Below, piece after piece: positions 23,004 to 35,700 of a stretch of DNA of 64,000 nt. How positions within the stretch are numbered: position 1 is the first letter of the stretch; each line of letters begins with the position of its first letter. Below the pieces are notes generated by a model that was given only the letters and a program-made list of their open reading frames with translations, made no database searches and was not told where the DNA came from. The stretch lies in NCBI GenBank assembly GCA_001643675.2, contig LSRY02000028.1, positions 806,001 to 870,000 on the forward strand. The letters are read 5' to 3'. The position numbers were made by a program, and so were the translations under genes. The stretch is from Monocercomonoides exilis PA203 (Eukaryota > Protista > Preaxostyla).

Positions 23004-26000
23004 ATGTCTCAGAAAGTTGATAAAAAATTGATTGACGATGTGAAAACGAACTCAGGACTTAAAAATATGAAACACATGGAACAAGCATGTGCAGTTTCTT
23101 CTTCTTGGTTGAAAAATTTATTGGATGGATGCGTTTGTGGTCCTGTTGACAACTCAGATTTGCTTCTTCCTGGAACACAAAAATTTGACAAAAGTGTGCA
23201 CTTATTTTGTATGGCAATTATTTGTCACATTTTAAATATATTCCAGGCAAACAAGTCGTGAAAGATTTTGAATTGATTCATGAAGAACAATGGGTTCAAA
23301 TTATTGGGACATACGGCGGAGGACCGAAAATAACTCTTGAAGTTGTAACATTCATGTCAATGAAACAAATCGAAAAAGATCCTACTGCAATTATCTTTGA
23401 ACTGAAAAATAAGACAAAAGAAACAAAAACAGATGAAGATTCTGATCTCACAGAAGTTGTTCCGGTTCAATCAATTGAATTGTCCAAATTTCATTCATTT
23501 AGTGACATTTGTATTAAAATTATGAAAGGATTACACCTTCAACCTAAACACGCAATCAAATTGTGGACAACTTTTAATCCACAGAAAGAGCTTGTTTTTA
23601 GCAGTTTAAAGACTTTGCAAGAAGGCCTAAACGGAACCCGCACGGTTCTTGTGGAAATTCTACCAGCATCTACGAAAGATCCAAAAGCCATCAAATTGTG
23701 GGATCATTGGCAAAAAGTCTTTGGGAAGCATGAGCCGCTGACACTCAGCAAAGTCAACTCACTTGCACATGCAGAACATGTTAGGTCATATGGAGCAGAT
23801 GCAAAGTTTGTTTCTCCTTTTGGAATGAACGAAGATGATAAAAGAGGATACAACCCAGCGAATGATTTGGCATACAAGAGTAAAATGGGGCTGCTTGAAG
23901 AGGCGCAGCATGTAGAGGAGACAGAAGAGCAGATGAAGCTGCGAACGATCGGCTTCGTTCAAAGAAGCGAGCGCAACTATGGCCTTTCATCGTTTTCGTC
24001 TCCCTCTTCATCATTATATTCGTCTTCTTCGTATTACAGCCACTACTCAAGTGCTCCTTCTGTGCAGTTAGCAGAGTGCTGTTCATCTTTCTATTCGCCC
24101 GACGAGGTTGAACTGTTGGACGACTTGAAGCTGTTTGCAAGCGAAGAAAATAAACAGACTCTCGAAAAAATCAGGACGAAAGTTGAAAAAGAAAAAATGG
24201 TTGAGAAAAAAGAAGCTGAAGAAAAAGAGAAAGAGAAAGAGAAAGAGAAAGAGAAAGAGAAAGAGAAAGAGAAGGAAAAAGAAAAAGAAAAAGAAACTAC
24301 AGAAGATTCATCATCATCATCATCATCATCAAGTGCTTCCAACACAGCGACCGTCACAAGCTTTGGGCTCCATGGCCAGTCAGGGCTGGTCAATCTGGGG
24401 AACACGTGCTATTTCAACTCGGCGCTGCAGTGTCTTCTGGCGACTGTGCCGTTTGCGGCGTATGTTTTGTCATACAAGTTTGTAGGGGACATCAACAAGA
24501 GCAACAAACTGGGGTGTGAAGGCAGGTCGGGCTGTGTGATGGCAGAGGTGATGAGGAATGTGTGGATTGCGAGGAGGAAAGAGGAGAGAAAGAAAGGGAA
24601 GGAAAATGAGGAGGAGAATAAACAAGAGGGAGAAGAAAAAGGAAAAGAAGAAGGAAAAGAAGAAGAAGAAGAGAAGAAAGAAAACTCAAAACCAATTGAA
24701 GAAATAATTTTAGAGAGAACAAACAGATCAGTCACCACATCGCCTGAAAGGCTGAAGACGCTAATTGGATGCTTTTCTCCGCAGTTCAGCGGCACAAACC
24801 AACAGGACTCGCAGGAGCTGCTGACATTTCTGTTGGATGGGATGGTGTGGATTCTGATTATAAGGAAATGGGAGGGGAAAATATTGAATAAGAAAGAGGA
24901 AATTCAAAATGTTTTATTGTTTTTCGATCTTTCTTTGTTTCTCTCTTTTTTTTAATGAAGAGATTATTTGTTAATTGTCCTATCATTTTTCTTTGTGAAT
25001 CAATTGAAATTGCACTTTTCTATTTTAAAAAAATTTCAAAATTTTCATTTTTCAGCACGAAGATCTCAATCTTGTTGCCTCAAAGCCATATGTTGAACAA
25101 GAAGAGGCAGACAAAACGTTGGACGACAAGCAGAATGCGCAGATTGCGTGGGACAAGTTTCTTCTGCGCGAAAACAGCACCATTGTGCATCTGTTCCACG
25201 GGCAGCTGAAGTCGATCATTGTCTGTCCAGACTGCCACAGAGAAAAAGTGATGTTTGAGAACTTTCTGTGCCTGCCGCTTCCACTCCCTGGCGAGAGGAC
25301 ACGCGAATTCCGGGTGCTGCTGGCGAGATGGAAGGGGGAGAGCAAAGAGAGAGAAGGAGGAGGAAGAGGAGGAGAAGAGAAGAGAAGAAGACAGCCAACA
25401 GTTGAGGAGTTTTTGCTTACACTGCCGAAATATGGAAATATCAAGACGATGCTGATGGGGCTGGCAAAGAAAGTGAATGAGCAGCAGGAGAAAGAAGAGA
25501 AGAAGAAAGAAGGAGCAGAAGAAGCATCAAAGGAACACACTTCTTCTGCTCTTCTTCCACTCAACCCGTCTTGCCTTGTTGCTTGTGATGTGGTGAACTC
25601 ATACGTCTTTCGTACGTTCAAAGAAAACGAGCTGCTGATTGATTTGAAGAAAGATAAGATTGTTGTGTTTGAGGTGGACGAAGAGATTGGAAATGGGAAA
25701 AAAGACAAAGCAAAGAAGACAAAAAATGCAGAAAATGAAGAGAAAGAAGAAAAGAAAGAGAAGAATGAATCTACTTCATCCTCTTCCTCCTCTTCCTCTT
25801 CTTCCTCTTCCTCATCTGATCTCAAGTGCTTCTTCGTTCAGATGTCTCGAGCCACGCGCTCGCCGCACTCGCGTTACTATCCTTATCTGACGAAGAAGTG
25901 TGGCATGCCATTTGTGGTGACAGCGTCTGTGGCAAACAGCAGCGGAATCAGATTGCATGAGAAGATATGGAGTGTGATCAGGAACTATATTGACCCCTTG

Positions 26001-28559
26001 AAGTATGAGGAGTGGGTGGAAAGATGTGGGAGAAGGGAAGTTAGGAAGAAGGAGGAGGAGGAAATGGTGGAGAGCAAGGAGAATGTAGATAAGGATGCGA
26101 AAAGAGACGGGGAGCTGAGAAAATCATTGAAGAAAGAAGGGAAAGAGGAGAAAGCAGAGGAGAAGGAGAAAGAAAAAGAAAAAGAAAAAGAAAAGGAAGA
26201 GAAAGAAAGCAAAACAGATGAAAAACAAAAAGGCAACAGCAAAACTGAAGAAAAGAAAGAAGAAAAAGAAGAAGATAAAAAAGAAGGCAAATCAAAAGTT
26301 GTTCCATTGATGGGAAGTTGGGCGATGCTTGGCGGAAGAGGAGGACGCAGCTTTTCGTTTGGACCGAAAATAAGTGAAGCTAAAAAAGAGGAAGAGGAAA
26401 AGAAGAAGAAAGAAGAGGAGGAGGAAAAGAAAGAGAAAGGGAAAGAGAAAGAAAAAGAAGAAGAGAAGAAGCAGAAAAAGAGTCAAGTGAAAGAGGAAAG
26501 AGAGCTTCGGATGAAGAAGTTGAGAGAAAAAGCATCGAGAATCTTTTTTGAGCTGAAGCAAAAAGAAGAAGAGGACGATGAAGATGACAGCGAGGCGTAT
26601 GGATATGATGATGATGAGTATGATGATGAGGACGAATGGGAAAAGTATGATGGAAGCAATGAGGATGGCGAGGGAGAAGAGAAAGAAGAGGAAGAGGAAG
26701 AGGATGATGATGAAGAAGATCTGATGGAGTTTATGATGGATGACTCAATCACAGAATTCACACGGGACGAAAGGCGGAAGATAGTCAAATGCATCCGAAA
26801 GGAGAGGAAAGAGGAAAGGAAAAGACGAAAGATTGAGAATGCAGAAGCAAGAAAAGCCAAAAAAGCAGAAAAAGAAGAAGCCACAAAAGATGACAACAAA
26901 AAGACTGAGAATTCGTTATCTATTGGCTCTAAACGGAAGTACATTGAACCCATTTTTGGAGAAAAAGAGCAGTTTTTGCTGCCTTTTGACACGTTTTTCA
27001 ATGAAAAAAGCGAAAAATCAAGCAAATCGAAGGTGAGAAAGGAGAAAGCATGGCATTGTGCTTATTCGAATGAGTATCACAGATGCAAAGGCGGATGGGA
27101 AGAATGTGAGAGGAAAGCAGCAGCAGAAGAAGAAAAAGAGCAAAAGGAAGGGAAAAGCGAAGGAAAGAATGAAAAAGCAGAAGTTGGATTGAATTCAGCA
27201 TCACAGTCAACAACTTGCGCTGTTCCACTTTCGCTTCCGCCTCGTTCTCTTCTTCCATATCGTCTTCTTTTGGGCAATGTGGACAATGCGACAGAAGGAG
27301 AGCTCATAGAAATCCCACTCAGCACACAGACATTGAAAGACACAGTGCCAAAGATTGGGAGTGAGGAGAATCTGATGGTGGTGTGGATAGATAGAACAGG
27401 GAAAGAGGACGAGAAAGAAGAGAAAGAGAAAAAGGAAGAGAAAGAAGAGAAAAGAGAAGAAGAAGAAGGAAATGATGATGGAATGCTAATGGAGCATCTG
27501 ATGATGGAGTGTGTGGAGAATGAGGAGCTGATCAAAGAGAAAGAAGAAGAAGAGAAAGAAGAAAAGGAAGAAGAGGCAGAAAACAAAAAAGCTGAGGAAG
27601 AGAAGGAAATGAAGGAGGATACGAAAGAGAAAGAAAAAGAGGCGGAACAAGAAAGCAATAAAGAATCAGATAAAGAAGATGGCGCAGACAAACCAGAAGT
27701 CGAATCTGTTGTTCCAGCAGGGAAACTGAAGCACAGCAAGAAGAAGACAACGCTGATGGACTGTTTTGACATCTTCACATCGCCTGAAGAGCTGACAGAA
27801 GACAACATGTGGTACTGCAACGTGTGCAAAGAGCACAAACAAGCCATGAAGACAATGAAAGTGTGGCGGTTCCCGATGATTTTGGTGATTCAGCTCAAAC
27901 GCTTTTCATCTGGAACAACCTTTTTCTCCGCGGAGAAATTAGATACTTTTGTGGAGTATCCAATTAAAGGGCTGGACTTAACGAGCTTTGAGCTGTGTCC
28001 TCCAGAGCTGACGGCGCGGATGATGCAAGAGACGAAAGAGAAGTATGAGTTCAGCTCAAGTTCCTTTGAAGGCAAGCAATCTTCATCAACTGCACAGCCA
28101 CCTCCGCCTTGCCCTGCCATATACGATTTGTATGCAGTGTCTGTTCATAGTGGGTCAACCAGAGGAGGACATTACACAGCATTGGTGTACTCACCCATCA
28201 CGAAGAAGTGGCTGGACATCAGCGACAGCCATGTCACTCATGTCAATGAACCAGATGCTGCTCTGACGAGAAATGCATATCTTCTGTTTTACAAAAGAAG
28301 AGGTTTACTGTGGGACTTTGATCAAATAGCACTTGCAATGGCACATGGGATACTGACAGAAAAGGAAGTGCGAAAGAACAATTCTGCAGAATTGAAAGAT
28401 GACAAAGTAGAGGATGAAAAAGAACGATTGAACAATGAAACTAATTTATCAGCTCTCGAAGACTTGACGGATATTGCAAAACGATCAAAGAAGAGAAAAG
28501 ATGAAGAAAGATCAATTTATCGATCAGGAATTGGACATAGCATTTTTGATTTCATGTAA
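23004..28559 (+). CDS. Ubiquitin C-terminal hydrolase, USP4/11/15-like (DUSP plus split catalytic domain), 3 exons
   Basis: Introns 23194-23246 and 24845-25055. DUSP-like GPVDNSDL..W...YGGGP, Cys box GLVNLGNTCYFNSALQCL, QQDSQELLTFLLDGM|HEDLN, CPDC, WYCNVCKEH, His box HSGSTRGGHYTA and AYLLFYKRR. Confidence 0.95.
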
Positions 28560-28702
28560 TTTTTTGTTATTGTTATCGCTATTATCATTTTTTTGAAAGC
28601 ATTACAATGATTTTTACGCACTTGTTTTGAGTTAAATAATTAAATGAAAGATTTCAATAATCTAATTATGGCTGAATTAGATCTTTTTTATTTTACGTTT
28701 GT

Positions 28703-29680
28703 ATGTCGTTTGTGGACGTAGAAGAAGATTTGCCTTCAACAAGTTCGAATCCATCAGATCATCCAAGTACATTGCCCCTTTTTATGGGGAAGAAAATTCG
28801 ACGGTTCGTCTCAGCAAATTAAGTTTTAACTCTTTTTTTAACTTACTTCAGTTCATCTTCTGAGTCAAAAAAACCAGCAGGAGATTTACTAAATCTTCAT
28901 TCTAATTCTAACGTCATGAAATTTTTTTCAAAGACCGGTATTGAATTTGAGAAATTTCTATTTTTCAGTTAAAGTCTTTTTAGGAGACACACAAGTTTTA
29001 TTTTCAGATGAAGTTGTGAAAGTAAACAGAAAACTTAAATCACAAAAACGGGTTTTTGTTGTTACGGACAAAGGGCTTTACAACCTTCTTCCAGAAAGTT
29101 TTAAGTGCCAAAGGCGAATTGCACTTGATGTCTGATAATTATTTATATTTTCACATTATTTTCGCTTTATGATTGCATAGAAACTTGGAGGAATCAGCAT
29201 GTCATGTTTAACAGATAATTTCTTTGCTCTTCATGTTCCGACTGAGGTATTTTTTTTAAATGATTCTCGGTTTTTTACTGAAAGTATTTCTCCTTAATTT
29301 TTGTGAATGCGCGTAGTATGATTATCTAATCGTTAGCAGTCGTAAAATTGAAGCGACAATTGTTATGAGTGAAGCCTTCAAAAGACTCACATCACACGAT
29401 CTTCCTGTGCATTTCGCCAATACGTATGCAATTTTTTCGCTCAATTGCAATCATCTTAAAGAAATTAATTTTGTTTGATTTTTTAGTTTTGAATATAGGA
29501 TAGATGATAAAATTAGTAAAGAGATCATATTCACCGAAGTTGATGGTTTGACTTTTTAAGTTGAAAGATGAAGATAATTTATCCTTATTATTTGAAAATT
29601 ATTTTTGTATTTCCTTTCTGTAATCAATTTTCAATGGATCAACAGATGGTGTTTCAACTCAAATATTTCAAAAGAAGTAG
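28703..29680 (+). CDS. Stand-alone myosin-I tail homology 1 (TH1) domain protein, 7 exons, no motor domain
   Basis: Spliced translation: MSFVDVEED...FMGKKIRR..GDLL...GDTQVLFSDEVVKVNRKLKSQKRVFVVTDKGLYNL...RRIALDKLGGISMSCLTDNFFALHVPTEYDYLIVSSRKIE...FANTFEYR...IIFTEVDDGVSTQIFQKK*. All six introns are GT-AG and in phase. Confidence 0.88.
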
Positions 29681-30052
29681 AGAAAGTTATTTCATGAATG
29701 CTTCTCAATTTATTGTAAAAGTTGTTTTTATTCTATTGTTTATTTTATCTCAGATTCTTTGTTATTTTCTAATGTTTGAATATTTTAACTTTTTCAATTG
29801 ATAATTGTCATCATGATCAAACGTTTTATGTTCTGTTTATCCTCCCGATTTGTGGATGACGATCTGTTATTCCTTTTGTATTCTTCATCATCAGAAAAAT
29901 TTTTGAGCCAATATCGCTATTTTTTGAAAGTTTTATTTTCACTTTCATCACCCCTCTTTATGATATTTGCGTTTCTTTTGTTTTTAAAATGTCTTTGTTA
30001 TTTTTGAAAAGTAATGAAACATGTTTTCATAAATTATGGCATAAGATCTTTT

Positions 30053-31990
30053 ATGGAATTTGAAAACTCCATATGTGTTCGATTGCATCGAAAAAAACGA
30101 TTGATCTATATTCGTTGCTATTTACCGAGAATTAAAGCGCATCATGTTAACTATCAACCAGGGAAATATCTTTTTCATTTGGACACATTCGGTTCACATC
30201 ATCCATTCGAAATAAATCAACAATATCCTGAAGGGTGCACTGTTGATCCATCTAGATCATACTCATCTTATCGCTCTTTCACGTTGATATCGATATTACC
30301 AATTTTACACATTCCGACGACTGATGATCCAAGAAAGACATATTCACCAACAACTCTTTATTTACAAGCTCCTCATCGACTTGGTTATATCGTTGGAAAA
30401 GAAAAAACTTTAAATGATTCTTGTAAAACGAATGACGTATCAACAAAGAAAAAAGATGATTTCGGCTTTGAGTTCGATGATTTTTCTTCTTCACTCACAA
30501 ACTCGCCTAATAATAACTCAAATGAACCAACAGACTTTCAGTCAAATGATCTTCCAATTGTCAAAGCACCCGGAGAGATGTTTGGTTCTGCATATGATCA
30601 TTCAACTGCGATTTCATTTTCGCCATCTCCTGTTGACATTTATTTTACGACAACTGATCTATTATCAATACCAAGCACAGAACGTAAAAAACGAAAAGAA
30701 AAACTACAAAAGAAAAAAAATTCAGTTAAAGATTTAAACGAGCGTTGTCGCAAAGATGAGGAGAAAACAGAGGAAATTGAAGAAACAATAGATTTGAATC
30801 TTCCAATGTGCGAAGATCCAGCAACTATTTTTACACATCCTCTTCTGCAACATGCAGATGCATCTGCGGATTCTTCAAAAACAACTCAATTTTCACAAGC
30901 TTACTTTTATAACAGTGAAGAATCTCCTTCAACGCCAAATGCATTACCCAAGATTCCATCCAAGCAATCAACAACAACACCAGAACATAACCCTTCTGTT
31001 GATTCTTCGAAAATTGTGTCACAACCGCCAGTTCATTCTAATTTCTCTTTCCTATCTGTGCACTCTCCGATGCACGGAGTTCTTTCTCCATTTCATATTC
31101 ATTCCATTTCACCACCAATTATTCCACCTCAAGTCATTTATTCCCCTCAAGCACCGATTTCTTCCGCGGAGTCAACACAGACGTTGCAAGCAGATGGTCT
31201 GCAAGTTGCATCGAATTCTTCATCAACTTCAACACCATTAAAATCTTCCACTTCACCTGCACTTTCTGAGAAGGCAAGCTTTACTCCTAATCCCACTTCA
31301 ACTCCTCCTCATCCAACAAATCTTTCAATGTCGTCAACCACAAAAAACGAACAAAATGAATCTTCTGCCTCTTCATCTGCTCCTTTAACAGATGTCTCAT
31401 CTTTTTCTTCTCTGACTTTCTGCCCAGCCGATGACATTTTAACATCTCCTCAGCGAATTACTCATTCTGCACTGAAGAAGAAAAACAGGGTGGCAGAAAG
31501 TTCAAAAGACAAGGATTCGCAAAATACATCATTATCTTCTATTTCTTCACCATCTCGCTTTGATTTATCGAAAGCATCTCCTTTACAAGTTTCTCCATCA
31601 TCTGAAAGAAAAGTGTCTTTTTCTTTCACAAGTGAGCAATTGCAGCTAATGAGGCAGCGAAAGAACAATGCACAACTGTTAAAAGATTTAATGGATTTTC
31701 AGAATGAAGGTGAAGATGGAAATGAAGATGAAGAGGAAGAAGAAATGCAACAAAAGAAAAAGAAGAAGAAGAAGAAGAAGGTAAAGAAGAACACTTCAAA
31801 TGAAGAGGAAATAGAAAACATAAAGCCAAAAAAGAAAAGAACTTCTTTTATTGAAGATGAGAAAAGCAATGAAATCGACGATGAAGACGATGTGGAGGTT
31901 CCTGATTTTTTGAGTGAAGTCAATAAGATTCTTCAAGGAGTACCAAATTCTGGATTGGGAATAATTGGAAAACACAATGAAAAAAAATAA
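30053..31990 (+). CDS. Hypothetical protein: possible CS/HSP20-like N-terminal domain, S/P-rich middle, K/E-rich tail
   Basis: Long uninterrupted ORF (start at 30014 or 30053). The N-terminal about 90 aa show a beta-sandwich-like pattern (IYIRCYLPRI...VDPSRS.S...TLISILP). Poly-Lys NLS-like run near the C-terminus. Confidence 0.7.
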   Translation: MEFENSICVRLHRKKRLIYIRCYLPRIKAHHVNYQPGKYLFHLDTFGSHHPFEINQQYPEGCTVDPSRSYSSYRSFTLISILPILHIPTTDDPRKTYSPTTLYLQAPHRLGYIVGKEKTLNDSCKTNDVSTKKKDDFGFEFDDFSSSLTNSPNNNSNEPTDFQSNDLPIVKAPGEMFGSAYDHSTAISFSPSPVDIYFTTTDLLSIPSTERKKRKEKLQKKKNSVKDLNERCRKDEEKTEEIEETIDLNLPMCEDPATIFTHPLLQHADASADSSKTTQFSQAYFYNSEESPSTPNALPKIPSKQSTTTPEHNPSVDSSKIVSQPPVHSNFSFLSVHSPMHGVLSPFHIHSISPPIIPPQVIYSPQAPISSAESTQTLQADGLQVASNSSSTSTPLKSSTSPALSEKASFTPNPTSTPPHPTNLSMSSTTKNEQNESSASSSAPLTDVSSFSSLTFCPADDILTSPQRITHSALKKKNRVAESSKDKDSQNTSLSSISSPSRFDLSKASPLQVSPSSERKVSFSFTSEQLQLMRQRKNNAQLLKDLMDFQNEGEDGNEDEEEEEMQQKKKKKKKKKVKKNTSNEEEIENIKPKKKRTSFIEDEKSNEIDDEDDVEVPDFLSEVNKILQGVPNSGLGIIGKHNEKK

Positions 31991-32778
31991 TTACACAGAT
32001 AGTTTGATTTAAAAAATAAGAATTAAATGAAAAAAAATAACCAATTCTAAAAGAATTGTGCTTTTGAAAGAAATGTGATTTCGTTTAAAACGAAAATACG
32101 AATGAAAAATTGTATTAGAATTATTTAGAATTATCAGTCATAATGAAAAACACTCAGACAGCATGAATAGATGATGAATTTTCTGGAGCTGATTCTATTT
32201 GATTAGAAAGTGATTTTAATATTTAAGAGTTAATTGAAAGATGTAATTTGTATGCACATGCAACATTTGCTTCAGTGATTTCCATTTCTAACGAAGTTGA
32301 TTTAAGATTTTTAATTGTTTTATTCATTTTTGAAAGGCAAAAACAAAAAATTCAACATTCGACTATTGTTTGAATTATAATCAACTTTGGCTTTCTAACT
32401 TTCAACAATCATATAAAATAATTACAGAATAATTTTATTTCAATGTTCCGTTATTTTGCATCGTTTTAACAAAAAATGAAATGAGAAATTACTTTGACAT
32501 TTTTCGAAATAATTTCTTAATGTAACAGAAAAAAAAATCAAAAGCGTATCAATCACAGTAAAAAATGATGTAAAAATAGGAAAGTAATGCAAAAAGGAAA
32601 CTGACATATTAGCCGTTTGCAATGTTAAATGCAATTATTCAATTTAGTTACTTTTGCAAAGAATTTTAAAAGTTCCGCAACTCTTGAATCGATAAATTCA
32701 TTTCTTTGAATAATGAGTGCTTAGAGGAGGATGAAAAGGTGTAAAAGTTGTGGAGGCGAAAGAAGCATCTTTAAATTT

Positions 32779-35700
32779 TTATGGAAAAGGCTTGTTTGTG
32801 GAAGCTTGATTTGAAGAAGGTTTGAAATTCGAATAGATTGTGCTTGAATACGAGGCAGACGAGGAAGAAGAAGAAGGCAAGTTAGGAGCAGTATAGTTTT
32901 GATTTGGAATTGAAGATGTTGAACTAAAATAAGGAGGAGGAGGGAGCGTGGAAGCGCTCAAAAAATGAGATTGACCCACAGTCGTGTTGTAGCTCTGTTC
33001 TCTGCCTTTTGAATCTTTCTGTTTTATTTCACTGCTTTGCTCCTCTGAGACTTTTCTTTGATTGGGAGCATGAATGTTTTGATTATCCTTTATCTCTTCT
33101 GAAATCATTGGATTATTGCCATTTCTCTCATTCGCTGTTTTTGCATTGTCCACTTTCTCTTTCAATGCACTTTCTGAATCGCTTCCACTTTCCATTTCCA
33201 TTTTGACAGCTTCATTTTTGTCTTCTTTCGGATCAGAGTTCGAAGAAGACTGTAAATGAACCAAAGGCTGAGATGACGATGAAGTTATTGAAAACGATGA
33301 AGAAGAAGCAGAAGAAGGCATATTTGAGGGATGTGATAAAGGAGCAACAGAACCAGGCATGTGCATAACAATGTTCTGTTGAGCTTTTGGAACGCTGCTG
33401 ATCATCATTCTTTCTCTTTGCCCATCTTCTCTCAATCTCTTTTCGGAATCTTCATCAAAACTTCCACGTTTGCTATCCTCTGCTCTTTCCGCTCTATCTT
33501 CTCGTGTTCTTTTGTCATTCCCTCTTGACTCCCCAATCCCTGCTCCGCTTTCAATTTCTTCTGCTTCGTTTCCTCTTCCATCTCTTCCGCTCCCTTTCTC
33601 TTCTCCACCAGCTCCTCCTTCTTCTCCTTCATTGAACAGCTTCTCCTCGTTTTCCTCAAACTGCCTCGTTTGCAGTTCAAACTCCTCCTCTAACGCAGCA
33701 CACACACTTTCTTCCTCTCTCTCACTTTCCTTCAGCCACATATTCCGAAGCCAGTTTAGCTGCTCCTCGCACACAGACGACAAAACTTGCGAGAACAGCG
33801 CCCCGCCTTCTGAGCAACATTGAGAGAATTCATCCTCAAGGGAAGATGGAGAGAGAGGGAAAGGAGTCATCAAAGGAGAGCTCAGTGGAGACAGAGGAGA
33901 GGAAAAAGATGATGCCGGAGGAGAGAAAGAAGCGGGAGCAGAGAGAGGAGCATTATTATCTTGAAATGTGTTATCATTAACTTGCATGAATGGGTCATCT
34001 TTTTCTTGGTTGTTATTATTCTCGGAAACTGTTTTATTGTTGTACTCTGCTTCTTTCTTGTCATTTGCTTCAGCCAGTTTTGAATCAGATTTATCTTTTG
34101 CATCGGATGCATTAGCCAAAGTCGACACTTTTCCTGAATTTGCTACAGGAGTTAAAATACTCGACGATTCAGTTTTTATATTCACCGGATTTTCTATTTT
34201 GTTGTAATTGTCTTCTTTTCTCATTTCAAACTTGTCTTCATTTTTGGCTATGTTCTCTTTTGCATCCATGATATTTCCATTATTTTCATCTTGTTCATTA
34301 TCTTTCGTCATTCCTTCATTTTCTTCCTTTTTTTGTTCATTTTTGCTTGTCTCTTGTATTTTTTCGTTTACTTCCTGTGCTTTCTCAGCATCGATATCAA
34401 CATCAGCCTCATTCTCCCCTTCTCCTTCTTTCTCCTTCTCCATCTCCATCTCCTTTCCGTTCATCTCCAACTTCATCAGCTCGCTGAGCCTGCTGCTAAA
34501 CAGCTCCTTTAGCTGCATCAAGCGATACAGCCGTCTTTCATTCAGAATAAGCATCTTTGTCTCTCTGGAAAGTGTAGGCAGGATGTCTGCCACATCAATC
34601 ACATCCTCTCTCTTCATCCACGCAGACGTCGGGAACGAGAACAGCGACTGCAGCGTCAGACAATCATCAGCTGAAGACTCGTTGTGCTTTTCACCTTCGT
34701 TCTCTTTGTCATCCAAAAGACGAAAATCATTGATGCCAGGCTCTTCTTTGTTTCCTTCTTCATCGCTGATTGGAACCAGGTATCTTCTTTCTTTCTTTTG
34801 TCCCATTTCATCTTCATCACCATCAAACAAGGGCAAATCATCATCATTCCCTCCATTTACTGTGTCTTTCTCCGCAACCAACGGAAAAAGACCTTTTCTC
34901 CCGTCTCTTCCTCTTCTATCTTTCTCCACCTCCTCTTCACTTCCAATGCCCATTGAACGATCCCAGAACTCTCCTCCTTCTCCGTCTTCTCTGAAACCCA
35001 TCGGATTTCGCAAGCCCAAAGAAGAATTTGAAGAAAACAGAGGAGAGCCAAAAGCGCCTTCTTCAAATGATATCTCCAAAGAATAAGGCAGTGGAAGAGG
35101 ATCTGCGTGCCTTACAGTGATCGCACAGTTCTCGCAGAACAGATAGGGCTGGTTGGGGTCTCTAACCTTTGTCTCTCGCCGGAGGAACGGGGTGGTGGTG
35201 AGCACACTCAGAATGTCGTAGCACCTCCGATAGTCCATTCGGAGCAGTGATTGCAGCTCTTTGAAGGAGAGCGCGCCACGCCCTCGCACAGCGAGACATG
35301 GCGGAGGAGAGAGAGAAGAGGCAGAAGTTGAAGAAGAAGGATCTAACGACGAAATGACAGAAGAAAGAGAAAAGGAAGATGGAAGAACCGAAGATGTGTT
35401 CTCTGCAATTTGCGAAGCGCCAGCTTCTGATCCAGAAGCGTTTGAGTCTTCCCATCCTTCTATAAAATTACTTTGATTGGCCACAGCTTCATTTTGTGTT
35501 TGTGCAATTTCGTTATTTCTCAGTGCAGAACTTGAGTTGTTTTGAAAGTTTGAATTTGAATTGAGTTCATCTTCTTTGCTCTGATCGGGAGATGAAGAAA
35601 GATTGGTATTTTGATTTGCACCAATTTCATTATTTTCTGTTGAAGAGTTTTTGATTTCCTCGCTTTCTTTTTCAGTTTTTTCACTCGAAATTTCATCAGT

